NCBI GenBank assembly: GCA_002269645.1
Contig: NIVC01000461.1
Span: 310,001 to 374,000 of the forward strand
Length of the DNA stretch: 64,000 nucleotides
From: Macrostomum lignano
Taxonomy: Eukaryota
Reading direction: 5' to 3'
The first letter of the stretch is position 1. Each line of letters starts with the position of its first letter. The notes below the pieces were generated by a model, which worked only from the letters and a program-made list of their open reading frames with translations, was not told where the DNA came from and made no database searches. Of the stretch, positions 29,529 through 42,516 are shown one piece after another. The translations under genes and the position numbers were made by a program.

Positions 29529-30205
29529 GTGACCTGGCAATGGGTAGCTCATCTCTTTTCATAGCATGAGCTGCAGTGTTCTCAGTGACCCGGCAAGGGG
29601 TAGCTCATCTCTTTTCATAGCATGAGCTGCAGTGTTCTCAGTGACCCGGCAAGGGGTAGCTCATCTCTCTTCATAGCATGAGCTGCAGTGTTCTCAGTGA
29701 CCCGGCAAGGGTTAGCTCATCTCTCTTCATAGCATGAGCTGCAGTGTTCTCAGTGACCTGGCAAGGGGTAGCTCATCTCTCTTCATAGCATGAGCTGCAG
29801 TGTTCTCAGTGACCCGGCAAGGGGTAGCTCATCTCTCTTCATAACATGAGCTGCAGTGTTCTCAGTGACCCGGCAAGGGGTAGCTCATCTCTCTTCATAG
29901 CATGAGCTGCAGTGTTCTCAGTGACCCGGCAAGGGTTAGCTCATCTCTCTTCATAGCATGAGCTGCAGTGTTCTCAGTGACCTGGCAAGGGGTAGCTCAT
30001 CTCTCTTCATAGCATGAGCTGCAGTGTTCTCAGTGACCCGGCAAGGGTTAGCTCATCTCTCTTCATAGCATGAGCTGCAGTGTTCTCAGTGACCTGGCAA
30101 GGGGTAGCTCATCTCTCTTCATAGCATGAGCTGCAGTGTTCTCAGTGACCTGGCAAGGGGTAGCTCATCTCTCTTCATAACATGAGCTGCAGTGTTCTCA
30201 GTGAC
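29529..30205. repeat. 56-bp minisatellite, ~12 copies (block B)
   Basis: Same unit as 19381-20168. Confidence 0.95.
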
Positions 30206-31125
30206 TATATGCAAATAAACTTATTTTAATTCTTCTATTTTAACACTAAGACAGAGTTATGAAACGTAAGAATTTGTTTTAAATTTTGCCATCATGGAGA
30301 AGTTTATTGAGTACTTTTTGGGGGGGCTTGATGTAGTACCGTTGTGTCGGTCCGGAGAAATTGGATTGGTACATCTAGGAAAGTGGATAAATTAGTTTCG
30401 AAAAATGGAGAAATCAGACAATAAAATGTAAATTATCTTTTTAAATTTACGTCAACCAAAAAACAAAAAAATAGAATCCGAAACTGATCAGACAATAAAT
30501 TCCTTGTCAAAAATAGGTGGAGTTGCACAGAGTCTTCTGGAGAAGGCCAATGACTGGGATAGTACCACGATAAAACTCTAGTCACCATATTAAACATCAA
30601 TAATATAAAAAGCGTATTAAATTTCGGCGGGTGAGTAAGATGAGAAAAAAGCAACTAATAAGCTGAGATATGGTTGAATAACATAACAAAGTGAGGCAAT
30701 TTTCTGATAAGAATAAAGCATTCAAACAACCATTGGAGACAGTCGAAAGCAGAGAATTAATATAATTTTTAGAGAAATCATTTGTAAGAGATTCAATTTA
30801 GACTACTGAGAAAAGTAGACGAATAAAAATTTGAATCGTTAATCTCTCAAATAGCCTGAAAAATGTCGCCATAAAACAAATGGCTTTATGACTGACGAAG
30901 GCAAACAAATCAGAAACCGGGTCTGCTTGCAACCTCCAATTTTAGTGTATCACATAGTTCTTGAATTGCATCAGGCTTTTCAGAACATTAAAAACATCAG
31001 CTCTATAGTCTATATTTTAGTACATATGGACTAGATATTTAATTCAACCAAAATTCTCGATTCCCGAGTGCTCAATCATAATTATATTGGACCTCCATCG
31101 CCAACCAATCCATCCGTACCTTGTA

Positions 31126-33822
31126 TCAGTCGAACGGGCTGACGCACTGGCAGAGCGCGTAGTTATTCTCCGATTCGGCTTTGTCGTTGAACACAACGCC
31201 TGACTTCTCCAGCACGATGCGATTCTGGTTCACGTCGTTGTCGGGATCGTCCGAGTCCCACAGCGAGCTGCTCATGTTCACGGGCAGGCCGGAGCCCAGC
31301 CACAGCCAGCCCTGGTCCGGCTCCACGCTGCCAGGCGGCTGGAAGGCGTTCAGCCAGGCGTGATCGGACCACGGATAGCCGCCCATGGTGGCAGCGTGGT
31401 CCATGTCCTGGCGGTCCACCAGCTCAGCCAGGCGGGACAGGCCTCCGAGCGACTTGCAGTGGGTCTGCATGGGAAAGTTGGCAACTTTTATTTGTTTATT
31501 TACTTTGGAGTCTGACTAAGAATTTATCACGAGACTCTTGATGCCAGGACTTATTACTCGTACTATACTCAACAACATTAAAAAGTCACCACCTGTGAGA
31601 GTGCGCAGTAAATTCCAGCTCAGTACTGACTTATGAGTGACGCAACTTGCGCCACGCGACGCAGAGTTGGGCTGGGTGAGGAGGATTGGAAAGAGTGGAG
31701 TGCGAAGATTGGATGGATTGAAGCTTCCGCTCGGTTTTCATTGTTTTTTCAAGCATGTTTTAATATCAAAATGGTTGACCAAGTGATAGACACTGGTCGA
31801 AAGACACTGCTCACTGGGGCAAAGGGTGGCGACTGTTCAATGTTGCTGAGTATAATTACCTGTTTCTGCTCAACTGCACCATTGCAAATATTAGCTAACC
31901 TTAAACATCCATTTCTGCCACATGGAGCTGGCACCAGACAGATGCTAAACGACTACCTGATCTGCCAACCATGAGTGATCCCATTGGGACGTACAGTTTG
32001 ATATCAAATGTCAGCTGCTCGGGAAGTTAGTCAGCTGGAAATGATAAACATGTTTTAGATGACAACTCAAGGACGACTTAGGTATAACTACCTGCAGCTT
32101 TATAATTGACTCAGTGTTTGTTTTGCCAACGTTTCAATCTGAATCAGCTGAATCAATCGTTTCTTGAACCGATACTCGTAAAGCAATTTGATAACAAAGC
32201 CTTTATGGCATTCGCATAGTTATATTTTCCAGAAATTTACAAGCTACAAGATACTCTCTAGGATGTACTTTTGCAGAAATTCTATCTGCCAACAGGAGCC
32301 CCAGCAAGGCATACACTGCCCTATTTTGGTTATGAGCGCATTGAAGAACTCACAAGAGGACTGATATGGTTTAGCTCAACTTAATAGAAGCATTATCCGA
32401 CTAGCTAAAATTTCTGTCTGTTGATTTCAATGGTTAGCTGAGCTGTCAGGAGCAGAAGTACAGAGCATTCAAGAGCAAGATATTGTATTTTCTTTCTTCA
32501 TAGCTGCTCTTCAGCTTGATCTTAACCTTGGCTGAGAATACGAGGTATTTCCTATTTGGTGAAAAATTGCCCCCCCCCCTGTTAAGAGGCTGAGCAGCCC
32601 AGTTCAGGATGGAGACAAATGAGCTTTATTTAGTCAAAGCTCAGTAGTAAACGCATTTGACACGGTCTTTGGTTCGATTCTGTGCTCAAACACATTCACA
32701 TTGCCTTGGGCTTGTGTGCACGAAAATTGTGCACTCAGGGGGTTGTCTGCGACTCACAGCCATGAGGGCCAGCCCCAAGGCACAGGGACTGTACATGCCT
32801 GACGATTAGAAAGTCAGGGCCGATGTACACCCTGTGTGAGCGTGTGCTTGAGTGCTCAGGAGTCAGCGGAATGTACAGAATTGCCGTCAGCTCTGGTTGT
32901 GGGACCGATGTCGCCGAAGGCGTTGCGCCAGGGATGCCCCACAGCCCCTCCTACAAATATGATTATGATTTTATTATTATCTAGAAATTACACATCGTCG
33001 CAGAGACAAACTTCACAAGCTTGAAAGTTACCAAAATTTTCTGTTTTTCGACGATGTCAAGTTTTGAGCTTATGAACTTTCGAGCTTGTGAAACGCCCTC
33101 ACCCAGGTAGTACTCTATGAAGAGGCACGGCGCCTCAGCAGATGAACTGCGCCACTGCCTTGGAAAGCCTTATACATGTAAATGTATTTGCGTGTCTGCA
33201 GCCAGAGCACTGAGATCAGTGAGACAACTGCAACCAGAGCACTGAGATCAGTGAGACAACTGCAATTAGAGCACTAAGATCAGTGAGACAACTGCAGCAA
33301 TCCTATTAAAATCATTCGTTCTGAACTAGCAGCAGCAATTAGTAAAGCTACTAGTTAGTTTTCACATTTGTTCACACTCACGCTGGCCTGCTCCCAGGTG
33401 AAGCTGGTCTTCTCCAGCTTGAACTTCGTGCCGAACAAGTCGAAGCCGAAGCCCGAGCCGCACAGAGCGCCCGGCTGCGCCGCGCCTCCCACGTTGCGGA
33501 CGAAGACGTCGGCCGTCCGATTCGGCCACGGCGTCACCGACCGGACGCGCCGGCTGAACGCGCCAAAGTTGAATCTGCGACAGCGAGCCGGAGCAGTCAG
33601 GATGGCGAAGGCCATGCAGGTGGGCAACTTGGCGCACGCGAACGAGCAGGACTTCGGATCGCTGACGCCTGACAGGTCGGGCATCGCAAAGCGAGGATCG
33701 ATGCAGTCGAGCACCTGCGTGCTCACGCGGGTGAAGGTTGCCTTCTCCGAGCAGCCGGTCGATAAGTCGGCGGCAGCCCGGGAGATGCAGAGAAGCAGCT
33801 GGGCGAGAAGGGCGGCGCGCAT
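31126..33822 (-). CDS. Secreted PAN/Apple + C-type lectin protein, copy B; exons 33822-33382 and 31464-31126
   Basis: Intact ORF and splice sites; 9 aa differences from copy A including Cys99Trp. Confidence 0.83.
32749..32980 (+). mobile_element. Retroposon-like 3' fragment (block B copy)
   Basis: Duplicate of 22699-22930. Confidence 0.6.
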
Positions 33823-34196
33823 GCTGGAGTGGCAGGCTGGGGCAGCGGCAGAGGCTTGGGCGGCAACCGGAGGCTGGCGAGGACCGGCGCATTTAAGCTG
33901 AAAACGCGAAATAGGAGGGGGAGAGAAGGGAGGGTAGGGCAGCGGAGAGTAAATAGATTGGCTGCCCTCAGTTGAGCAACTAGAAGAGCAGTGCCAGCAG
34001 CCATTTCAACAAGTGGTTGCTATGGGTAACAAAAAACAAATTGCTGCGTCTGGTATCCCTCCCCCGCGCCGGCTTGTCTCTAGCTATACATTTACAATAT
34101 CTAACTGCCCATGTCAGCACCTCTGTTAATTGGCGTGCACTTAGAATAGCCCAGTGAGACTTCTTTCTCTTTAAACAGTTTTTGGTTTGACATATT

Positions 34197-34529
34197 GAGA
34201 TAGATAGTGACATACCATAGATAGTGACATACCATGGATAGTGACATAGACAATGACATACCCTGGATAGTGACATACTACAGATGGTGACATACTATAT
34301 AGATAGTGACATACTACAGATACTGACATACTATAGATAGTGACATACTTTAGATAGTGACATACCATAGATAGTGACATACTATAGATAGTGACATACC
34401 ATAGATAGTGACATACTATAGATAGTGGCATACTTTAGATAGTGACATACCATAGATAGTGACATACTATAGATAGTGACATACCATAGCTGATAGGGCC
34501 ATAAATACTGACATAAATACTGACATACG

Positions 34530-34613
<84 letters not shown>

Positions 34614-34614
34614 G

Positions 34615-34648
<34 letters not shown>
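34197..34648. repeat. 17-bp minisatellite + (GATA)n (block B)
   Basis: Counterpart of 24478-24943. Confidence 0.92.
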
Positions 34649-35148
34649 CACACACGGAAATATTGAAGAACGTTAGTTGTCGAATATTCAGAAACCGATA
34701 TTTCGGCCTGGACTGGGCCTTCGTCAGGGTTTATTTATTCGGGTTTAAAAACAAATATATTGGCTGTGAAGTTATTTTAACATAATTTCAATATATATAT
34801 GCGACTTTTGGGGGTGCACTGAGCAGTGTTGAGTAAAGATGTGTACGTATAATTAGTTAAAAACGTGAGTTGAAGCACGCTGATTGGTTAAAGTCTTGCA
34901 GCTAAAGCCTTGCACAAAAATAAATATGTTAGGTGCTATAGAAAACCAGATTTAAAGCGTAGAAGTGTATGACTAAGCATCTAGAAAAGTTCAACAAATA
35001 AGTTAATTACGCCCGTAGAAAAAAACAAATATTAAATTAATACAGAGCACTGAGAACTTTGCATAAATAAGTGTAAATAATTAGATGTAACTATTGAATT
35101 CATATACAGTAATTAATTGGGTAGCCAGACAGGCCACGCGAGACGCAG
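34649..35148 (-). mobile_element. ~500-bp insert within (GATA)n carrying a hammerhead ribozyme; likely Penelope-like element end or retrozyme-like element
   Basis: Unique sequence bounded by GATA tracts on both sides and absent from block A; hammerhead near its minus-strand 3' end, followed by (TCTA)n. Confidence 0.6.
34681..34741 (-). ncRNA. Minimal type I hammerhead ribozyme
   Basis: Minus strand: CGAATA-aat-AAACC-CTGACGA-A-GGCC-cagtcca-GGCC-GAAA-TA-TC^GGTTT-ctgaa-TATTCG. Core boxes intact; helix II GGCC/GGCC; palindromic ATAT helix III; helix I AAACC/GGTTT extended by CGAATA/TATTCG. Confidence 0.82.
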
Positions 35149-35242
<94 letters not shown>

Positions 35243-35243
35243 T

Positions 35244-35308
<65 letters not shown>
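35149..35308. repeat. (GATA)n microsatellite
   Basis: Direct. Confidence 0.97.
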
Positions 35309-36279
35309 AGGTGTGTCCCAACACTTACTTAATCGCCTGTGTGTAAAATTAGGAATTCATCCTACCGTGTATCCTGATTCATGTCCAAATGATTTGAAAA
35401 AAGTTTTATTACTGCGGGGTAGCTCTTGAAGGTCGTACTTTAAATTTTCTTCCATTTGTTGCCACACGATAGGTTCAAATCAAATTATGCTGCTACCCCC
35501 TGCTTCAGCTCTATGGTTACCATGGAGACAGACAACTCCCTTTCTAGTTCTCCATCATTCAGATAGGAATCGCCATTGTAAGCAGTGGCACCTCTGTGTG
35601 TAGTCTCTCTATGTGGATTCCTGAATTGGATTCGTGGCTGCGCCAAGGAGACCTAGCATGAGAACTTGGAGTAGCCACAGTACATCACTTTCAATAACTT
35701 TTACACATCAAATCTAGTGAAGTGGAATAGGGAAGTGAAGTGAAGTCTAGTGAAGTGCAACGCGACTGTTGAGTCACGATTGTCACGGGAGTTGCAGAAT
35801 TGTAAAAAGTTGTCCAAGAGTCATTGTGTTAGCGCTTAAATTTCTACTTACTCAAGCAGACTAAATAGAGTTGTTATAAATGCGAACTGCGATTCTAATT
35901 CATAAAGTGATGCAACTCAGCGATTCTACAGCGACTCCAGCACGCCTCAGATGCGACTCTGCGGCCCCAGAGTCATTTTTGATTCACAGACAATAAAATA
36001 CCAAGTATCCTTGGTTAGATTCCATTCGGCGAAAATTTGGCTTTGGGAGGCGTTCTCCCTCACGCCCCATGGACCAGCCCGCGAAGCATGGGCACCTGAA
36101 GTGGAAGGATTTTTCAGAAATGAGCTGGAGGTTGGTAAGGAGTGTATATTTGTCGCATTGCTAGTGAGATGTCAAGGCTCAAGCAGGAGTTGCTGAGATG
36201 CTGCATTTAGTATGCGCTGAGTGGGGTTTCGCCATAGAAAATTTGATCGAGAAAAATCCGGTTCCTCTAGAGCATACTA

Positions 36280-37035
36280 TAGCTTTTTGCAGCTTATTTG
36301 GGCTTACGCGCATTTAATTTAATCCAAGATAGGTTTGCCAATGTAATGGAGCTTTTGTCTATGGTAGCAAGGCTGGCACAGCGGCATTTGATTTAGTCCA
36401 ACAAGCATCAATTTGGTCCAAATGCTTGTGAGCCAATGGCAAACTCTTGCCTTCTCGCAACCGCCTAAGGATTGTTGCGCACCGCTGGAATGTCAGCGTC
36501 TGTACCAGCAATTTCAGTCGCTTTTCCAGAGCTCTGCTGATAGTCAAAATCTGATAACCAACTGGAACTGTTTCTTCAACTGCTGCTGCATTTTCTGCTC
36601 CGTCAACAAAGGGTTCGTCTCAATTGCATTAAGTAGCAGTTAGACCTGAGTCTCTAGCAACTTGCCTTGGCGATTGCCACCTTTCACAGGCGACCTATGC
36701 CAGAATTGGTTTCAACACGCTGATGGATGCTGTAAATCATCTTTCTTCTATATTCAGCAACCTTGCAATGTCCTCTGGGTGTTCACCTCTGTTGAGTGCT
36801 TTGATCACAAGCCAGTGGCATTCGTTCGACAACCTAGCATGGTCCACAACTCTGGGGCTGATCTTGCTCCTCCGCAACAGTTGCAAATAAAGCTATGGAC
36901 CAAATTGATGCTTGTTGGACTAAATTAAGTGCCGCTGTGCCAGCCTTGCTACCATAGACAAAGCTCTGTTACATTGGCAAACCTATCTTGGATTAAATTA
37001 AATGCGCGTAAGCCCAAATGGGCTGCAAAAAGCTA
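36280..37035 (-). mobile_element. Decayed, internally deleted Tc1/IS630-like DNA transposon with ~140-bp TIRs and TA TSD
   Basis: Inverted repeats 36280-36420 / 36896-37035 flanked by TA. Frameshifted minus-strand translation LVIKALNRGEHPEDIARLLNIEER..MIYSIHQRVETN..GGNRQGKL..IETNPLLT..LTISRAL resembles a bipartite HTH DNA-binding domain. Confidence 0.65.
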
Positions 37036-38093
37036 TACTAAAAGATGCACTGCGATGCGGCAAATATTCTTTCCTTACTGGCCTCCGGCTCATTTCTAGG
37101 AAAATCGAGTGTAGTGCCCTTCCACTTCAGTTGTGCATGTCCCAAGGCATAGTTTGTACATGTCTAATGATCAGAAAGTCGGAACCGCTGTAAACTTAGT
37201 GTGAGCGTGTGCCTGCGTACGTACCCGTGCTCCAGGGTCAGTGGAATGGCTACGGTTCGACTGTCGCCTTGACTTGTTTCAGCGCCCAGAGCCCACTGCG
37301 AACTACAAGTAACTAACAAACTAAGGTCAACAAGTGTCACTCCCATGTTTAGGCTTCTCCCATGCAAAGATACGCTCATATCGGAACGAAAGTTTGGACA
37401 AAATTGAAAAGACACAGGGCGTGCCTCAAGGCGTTGACGTTGACGAAGCGCCTGGTTCGCGCCTGTCCTCTGTAGGTCGTCTGCAGTATCAGCATCAACA
37501 CCTCCTGTGCAACATTTTTGTCAACAAAAATTTCCTTGGATCGTCTCCAAGCTTTAAAACCTAACAAGCCAAGCTCCAGGTCGTCAATGGGACTGAGTTT
37601 TGTCTAGGCCCTCCCGTCCTTCAGCCACTTCTCTGTGTAGCTCGTAGTAACTTCGCCAATTCTACTTTCTAATTGCTCAAACTGACAAGATTTACTTCAA
37701 GCAACTCGAAGCGCAAATGCATTAGACTGAAAGAGAAAAGTTGTTTTTCAAATTTAAAATCGGTCAGAAAGAAACTGGGGACATATACCAGAGCTGACTT
37801 TCCTGAACATATAGTTCGTAAAATGGGTAAAAAAATTTATGCCAGCCTTACATCATCATTGCGTCAGACATCCGTACATCAGATTTTGGCTCTTCCCGAC
37901 GAGCTTAACACCATCAAACCCGCTGGCTGACCTGCAGCCATCTGCCATCCGGTGAATGCCCGCAGTCGCAGCTGTCTGTGGCCAGCACCAGCGGCACCCT
38001 GCCACTAACTCTGAGAAAACCCACTGTGGCTGCAGAGCAGCCATCAAAGAAACAACACCCATTTTTACACAGCTCATAGCTCATTAGTGAATC

Positions 38094-38290
38094 TATGGCT
38101 GCTCTGCAGTCAGCGGATTTTCAGAGTGAATGTTGTGGCTGCTTGTGGGTAGATGCAGATGTCTATGGCTGCTCTGCAGCCAACGGGTTTTCAAAGAGTG
38201 AGTGCACAGGCTTGAGGGTAGATGCAGATGTCTATGGCTGCTCTGCAGCCAACGGGTTTTCAAAGAGTGAGTACACAGGCTTGAGGGTCA
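38094..38290. repeat. 69-bp tandem repeat, ~2.8 copies
   Basis: CTATGGCTGCTCTGCAG recurs at 69-nt period. Confidence 0.85.
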
Positions 38291-38766
38291 GAAGTGTTTG
38301 AAGCAGAGAGTATCGTCAATTTTACAGCTAATTACAGTATAGTTTTACTATAACAAATGCATTTCTTTGAATTTTGTCCCTGAATAACTCGCTCTCGTTA
38401 TAGTCACCGTCTCTACAACAGGATTTGAAGATTTGAAAATTAACCGCACTGATTCCAGTGAAGTGTTTTAGCAGTACTCAAAGAGGGCCGAGGGTTACAA
38501 GGGTTTCCCTCATGAGAAAAAAGAGTAAAAGACAATGGCGAGGCGACGGAGCTGATGCATCATACATTTTCTTTCCTTTCCATGGAAACAATTGTTCTCA
38601 AACTGCAAACCCTTCACGCTGCCTGACAGCCAATCCATCAACTGACTCCTCCCTTCCACTCCTCCTTCGTCTCTCCTTTTGAATTTTTCAGCTTAAATGC
38701 GCCGGTCCTCGCCAGCCTCCGGTTGCCGCCCAAGCCTCTGCCGCTGCCCCAGCCTGCCACTCCAGC

Positions 38767-40045
38767 ATGCGCGCCGCCCTTCTCGCCCAGCTGCTTCTCT
38801 GCATCTCCCAGGCTGCCGCCGACTTATCGACCGGCTGCTCGGAGAAGGTGACCTTCACCCGCGTGAGCACGCAGGTGCTCGACTGCATCGATCCTCGCTT
38901 TGCGATGCCCGACCTGTCAGGCGTCAGCGATCCGAAGTCCTGCTTCTATGCGTGCGCCAGTTTGCCCAGCTGCGTGGCCTTCGCCATCCTGACTGCTCCG
39001 GCTCGCTGTCGCCGATTCAACTTTGGCGCGTTCAGCCGGCGCGTCCGGTCGGTGATGCCGTGTCCGAATCGGACGGCCGACGTCTTCGTCCGCAACGTGG
39101 GCGGCGCGGCGCAGCCGGGCGCTCTGTGCGGCTCGGGCTTCGGCTTCGACTTGTTCGGCACGAAGTTCAAGCTGGAGAAGACCAGCTTCACCTGGGAGCA
39201 GGCCAACGTGAGTGCTTTGTTTCTCAAGCTACACACTGGATAGGCTGGCAGAGTGAAATATCATTATGTACTTAAATTACAATCTAAATCCAACCGCTTC
39301 CTCACAAAAAGCGGGAGTTTCACTGGTGATGTTAGTGGCTAACGTTCTCTCTCCTCTGTTCTGTTCTTTCATTAAAAGAGCGACTGTAACTTTAGGAGAA
39401 AATTCAATCATATCTCTAGACAAGGGTTAATGCCTTAACACTTGATTGTTAAAGTTGCAGGTAATTGTAATTAAGTCGCCCTTGAGTTATGTCAGCCCAA
39501 AAACATGATTGTTATTTCCTCCTGACTAACTTCCGAGCAGCTGACATTCGATTTCAAACTGTATGTCTACAATGGTAGATCCGGTAGTGGTTCCGCATCT
39601 TGTTGGTGCCGGCTCTGTTTCAGAAACAAGTGTTCAAGATTAGCTAATATTTGCAATAGTAAAGCTGAACTTTAGACTTGTAATTAGTAATAACTTTCCC
39701 ATGCAGACCCATTGCGAGTCGCTCGGAGGTCTGTCCCGCCTGGCTGAGCTGGTGGACCGCCAGGACATGGACCACGCTGCCACCATGGGCGGCTATCCGT
39801 GGTCCGATCAGGCCTGGCTGAACGCCTTCCAGCCGCCTGGCAGCGTGGAGCCGGACCAGGGCTGGCTGTGGCTGGGCTCCGGCCTTCCCGTGAACATGAG
39901 CAGCTCGCTGTGGGACTCGGACGATCCCGACAACGACGTGAACCAGAATCGCATGGTGCTGGAGAAGTCAGGCGTTGTGTTCAACGACAAAGCCGAATCG
40001 GAGAATAACTACGCGCTCTGCCAGTGCGTCAGCCCGTTCGACTGA
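38767..40045 (+). CDS. Secreted PAN/Apple + C-type lectin protein, copy C (inverted), 259 aa; exons 38767-39207 and 39707-40045
   Basis: Same two-exon structure: donor CAAC|gtgagt, acceptor atgcag|ACC; 499-bp intron. Confidence 0.87.
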
Positions 40046-40208
40046 TACAAGGTACGTCGAACGGTTTTATCAGAGGCCACCACAGACTGAAGGTAAACCG
40101 TGACCACCTCGGAACACTCTGAGCTCACGCTGAGCTGCAACTAAAACTGAACTACAATTCTCTGTGACACGTCCATAAATGGCTAGAGCAAGACAAGCTA
40201 ATCATAAC

Positions 40209-40683
40209 CACAGATACTAAAATAACTAGATGGCCACTCAGGCACATATACTTAGTAAAACAGCTTTCTACTTTCAGTTCAGTAGCAAAGAAGAATACAT
40301 AAGCTATTTTATAAAAATAAAGGCAGCTGAAATGACTTTGATAAGTTTAGAAGCCCAAGCTTGCAGGCGTAAACAACTTGCTAATTGGTTCAGCAATAAT
40401 GTACATTAGCCAGTCCACTGAAATGTACACGGCAATTTTAGGCTGGAATTCCAAGAAAGGCAATAAAAATTGGGGCTGTGCGGGGGGGGGGGTAAGTGTG
40501 AAAAGGCGCGGTTGGAGGGTTTAAGCTGGGGGGGGGTAGAGCCAATAAATGAGTTGGCTTTAAAAATATTGTACATTTAAATGCTTCTGTTTAACTTGCT
40601 AACTTGTTTAGCTTGCGTGAAAGTAGCTTACACGCAAATGTGCTCTGAGTTTGCAATCCCATCTAGTTATTCTAGTATCTGTG
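40209..40683 (-). mobile_element. MITE copy 3
   Basis: Same TIRs and interior as 26594-27040; flanks ATCATAAC / ATCATGAC (7/8). Confidence 0.87.
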
Positions 40684-41477
40684 ATCATGACAAGATGTCA
40701 TTGAAATGTGAAATACTTTTGTCTATGGTCGAAAAGTAGGTCCCGAGGTTTCGGAATTTTGGCTCTCTATGTGAGCTCGGTACTCTTTGGTGTTGACATT
40801 TATTTTCTACTTAAACAAAGAAACGTGCAACTCTCCCAAAAGACTGTCTATGGTTAGACTCCTGCCATGCCACTAAATCAAGTTCTATCTTTATTTATAC
40901 TTGCTTATGCTCTCTTTATATCTCTTTCATTCTTGAAACTCAACATTTATCCGGCTAAAGCTAGAACTTCGAAAGTTTAATTTTTTCTAAGAAATCTCAC
41001 GTACCCAAGAAGGAAGAAAGCTATTCTGCTCTAATTTTTCGCTTGCCTGCATTCCGAACAATGCGCGTATTTTGCTTTGTTTATCCAGTCTTATCTGTTT
41101 TGTCTTGGCTTGAGTAATTGTCTTTTAACTTGTCTCTAACTTGCTTTGCAGCTCTTGTCGACACTTACATACTACTTCTGCTGCTAAACTCTCGGGTCTC
41201 CCGTGACTCTCGTGTCCGAAACTCTAATGCTCAAATACAACTGAAGCAAGTGCTTTTAGGCAACCGGGCTTTTTGTATCTCGACTCTTTTGTTGCCTTTC
41301 TCAAAGTTCTAGCATTCAGGAGCCTGCTTCCACTTAGAGGAAGGATTGGAGATCAGCTGATGGATTAGTTTTGGTGCAAGGGAAGCCTCAAGTTTGCTGT
41401 CTCAAACAAGCAGTGGAAGCCACTCCCAGCCTGATGGGCGGAGGCTGAGCCACACTGTTTTGCAGTCTTCGCTCTAA

Positions 41478-41985
41478 GTCACTCACTCAAGCCAGTCAGT
41501 CACTCACTCAAGCCAGTCAGTCACTCACTCAAGCCAGTCACTCACTCACTCAAGCCAGTCACTCACTCACTCAAGCCAGTCACTCACTCACTCAAGCCAG
41601 TCAGTCACTCACTCAAGCCAGTCAGTCACTCACTCACTCAAGCCAGTCACTCACTCACTCAAGCCAGTCAGTCACTCACTCAAGCCAGTCAGTCACTCAC
41701 TCAAGCCAGTCACTCACTCACTCAAGCCAGTCACTCACTCACTCACTCAAGCCAGTCACTCACTCACTCAAGCCAGTCACTCACTCACTCAAGCCAGTCA
41801 CTCACTCACTCAAGCCAGTCAGTCACTCACTCACTCAAGCCAGTCAGTCACTCACTCAAGCCAGTCAGTCACTCACTCAAGCCAGTCAGTCACTCACTCA
41901 AACCAGTCACTCACTCACTCAAGCCAGTCAGTCACTCACTCAAAAAGCCAGATAGTCAGTCAGTCAGTCAGTCACTCACTCACAG
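41478..41985. repeat. ~21-bp minisatellite with variable (CACT)n core (CACTCACTCAAGCCAGTCAGT)
   Basis: Direct tandem repeats. Confidence 0.93.
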
Positions 41986-42516
41986 TCACTTCACAACGTA
42001 TGCGGATGGGTAAGAAGCGGTGGTCATGTGGAAGCTTTAGAACATTTACTAACACTTTTCTTCTACCATAAGTAGGTAGAAACGCGCACAAGTCAAACTA
42101 TTTAACAGACACAAATGCTACAAATTAGTATCGAATCTTGTCTTTCTAGTAGACTAAACTTGCCAAACTTGTAGTTTCTATTTTTGCGCTAATCATCAAA
42201 GAATTCTGGGTGGAAAAATAGATCGCCAGAAGGTTCGAAAGCAGTTGTAGCTGCTTTTTCTTTTTGCCTCTGCAGACTCCTAGTAGCAGCCTGAAGTCGA
42301 GTTTTAGGGCTCACGTAAATTCAAGTAAGGAGAGCATGAGGGAACTGTCAGCGGAAAAAGAGGTGTTAGCATTCGGCTTTAAAACTGCGAAACCGACAGA
42401 ACTATACTCAAAAATTACTCTTCGACTGTAAAACCGAAATTCAAAATTGAGACTGATAGTTTTATGTACTTCGATAAATTCCCACCATAGTGTTTCTACA
42501 GGCGCTAAAGACTCTC

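Larger units (their letters stand above)
28264..35728 (+). repeat. Segmental duplication, block B (~7.5 kb)
   Basis: Colinear copy of 17950-26332. Confidence 0.95.

Noticed and set aside
37300-38080. Several 60-85 aa ORFs
   Set aside because: No recognisable motif or consistent splice chain; possibly decayed TE, unassigned.
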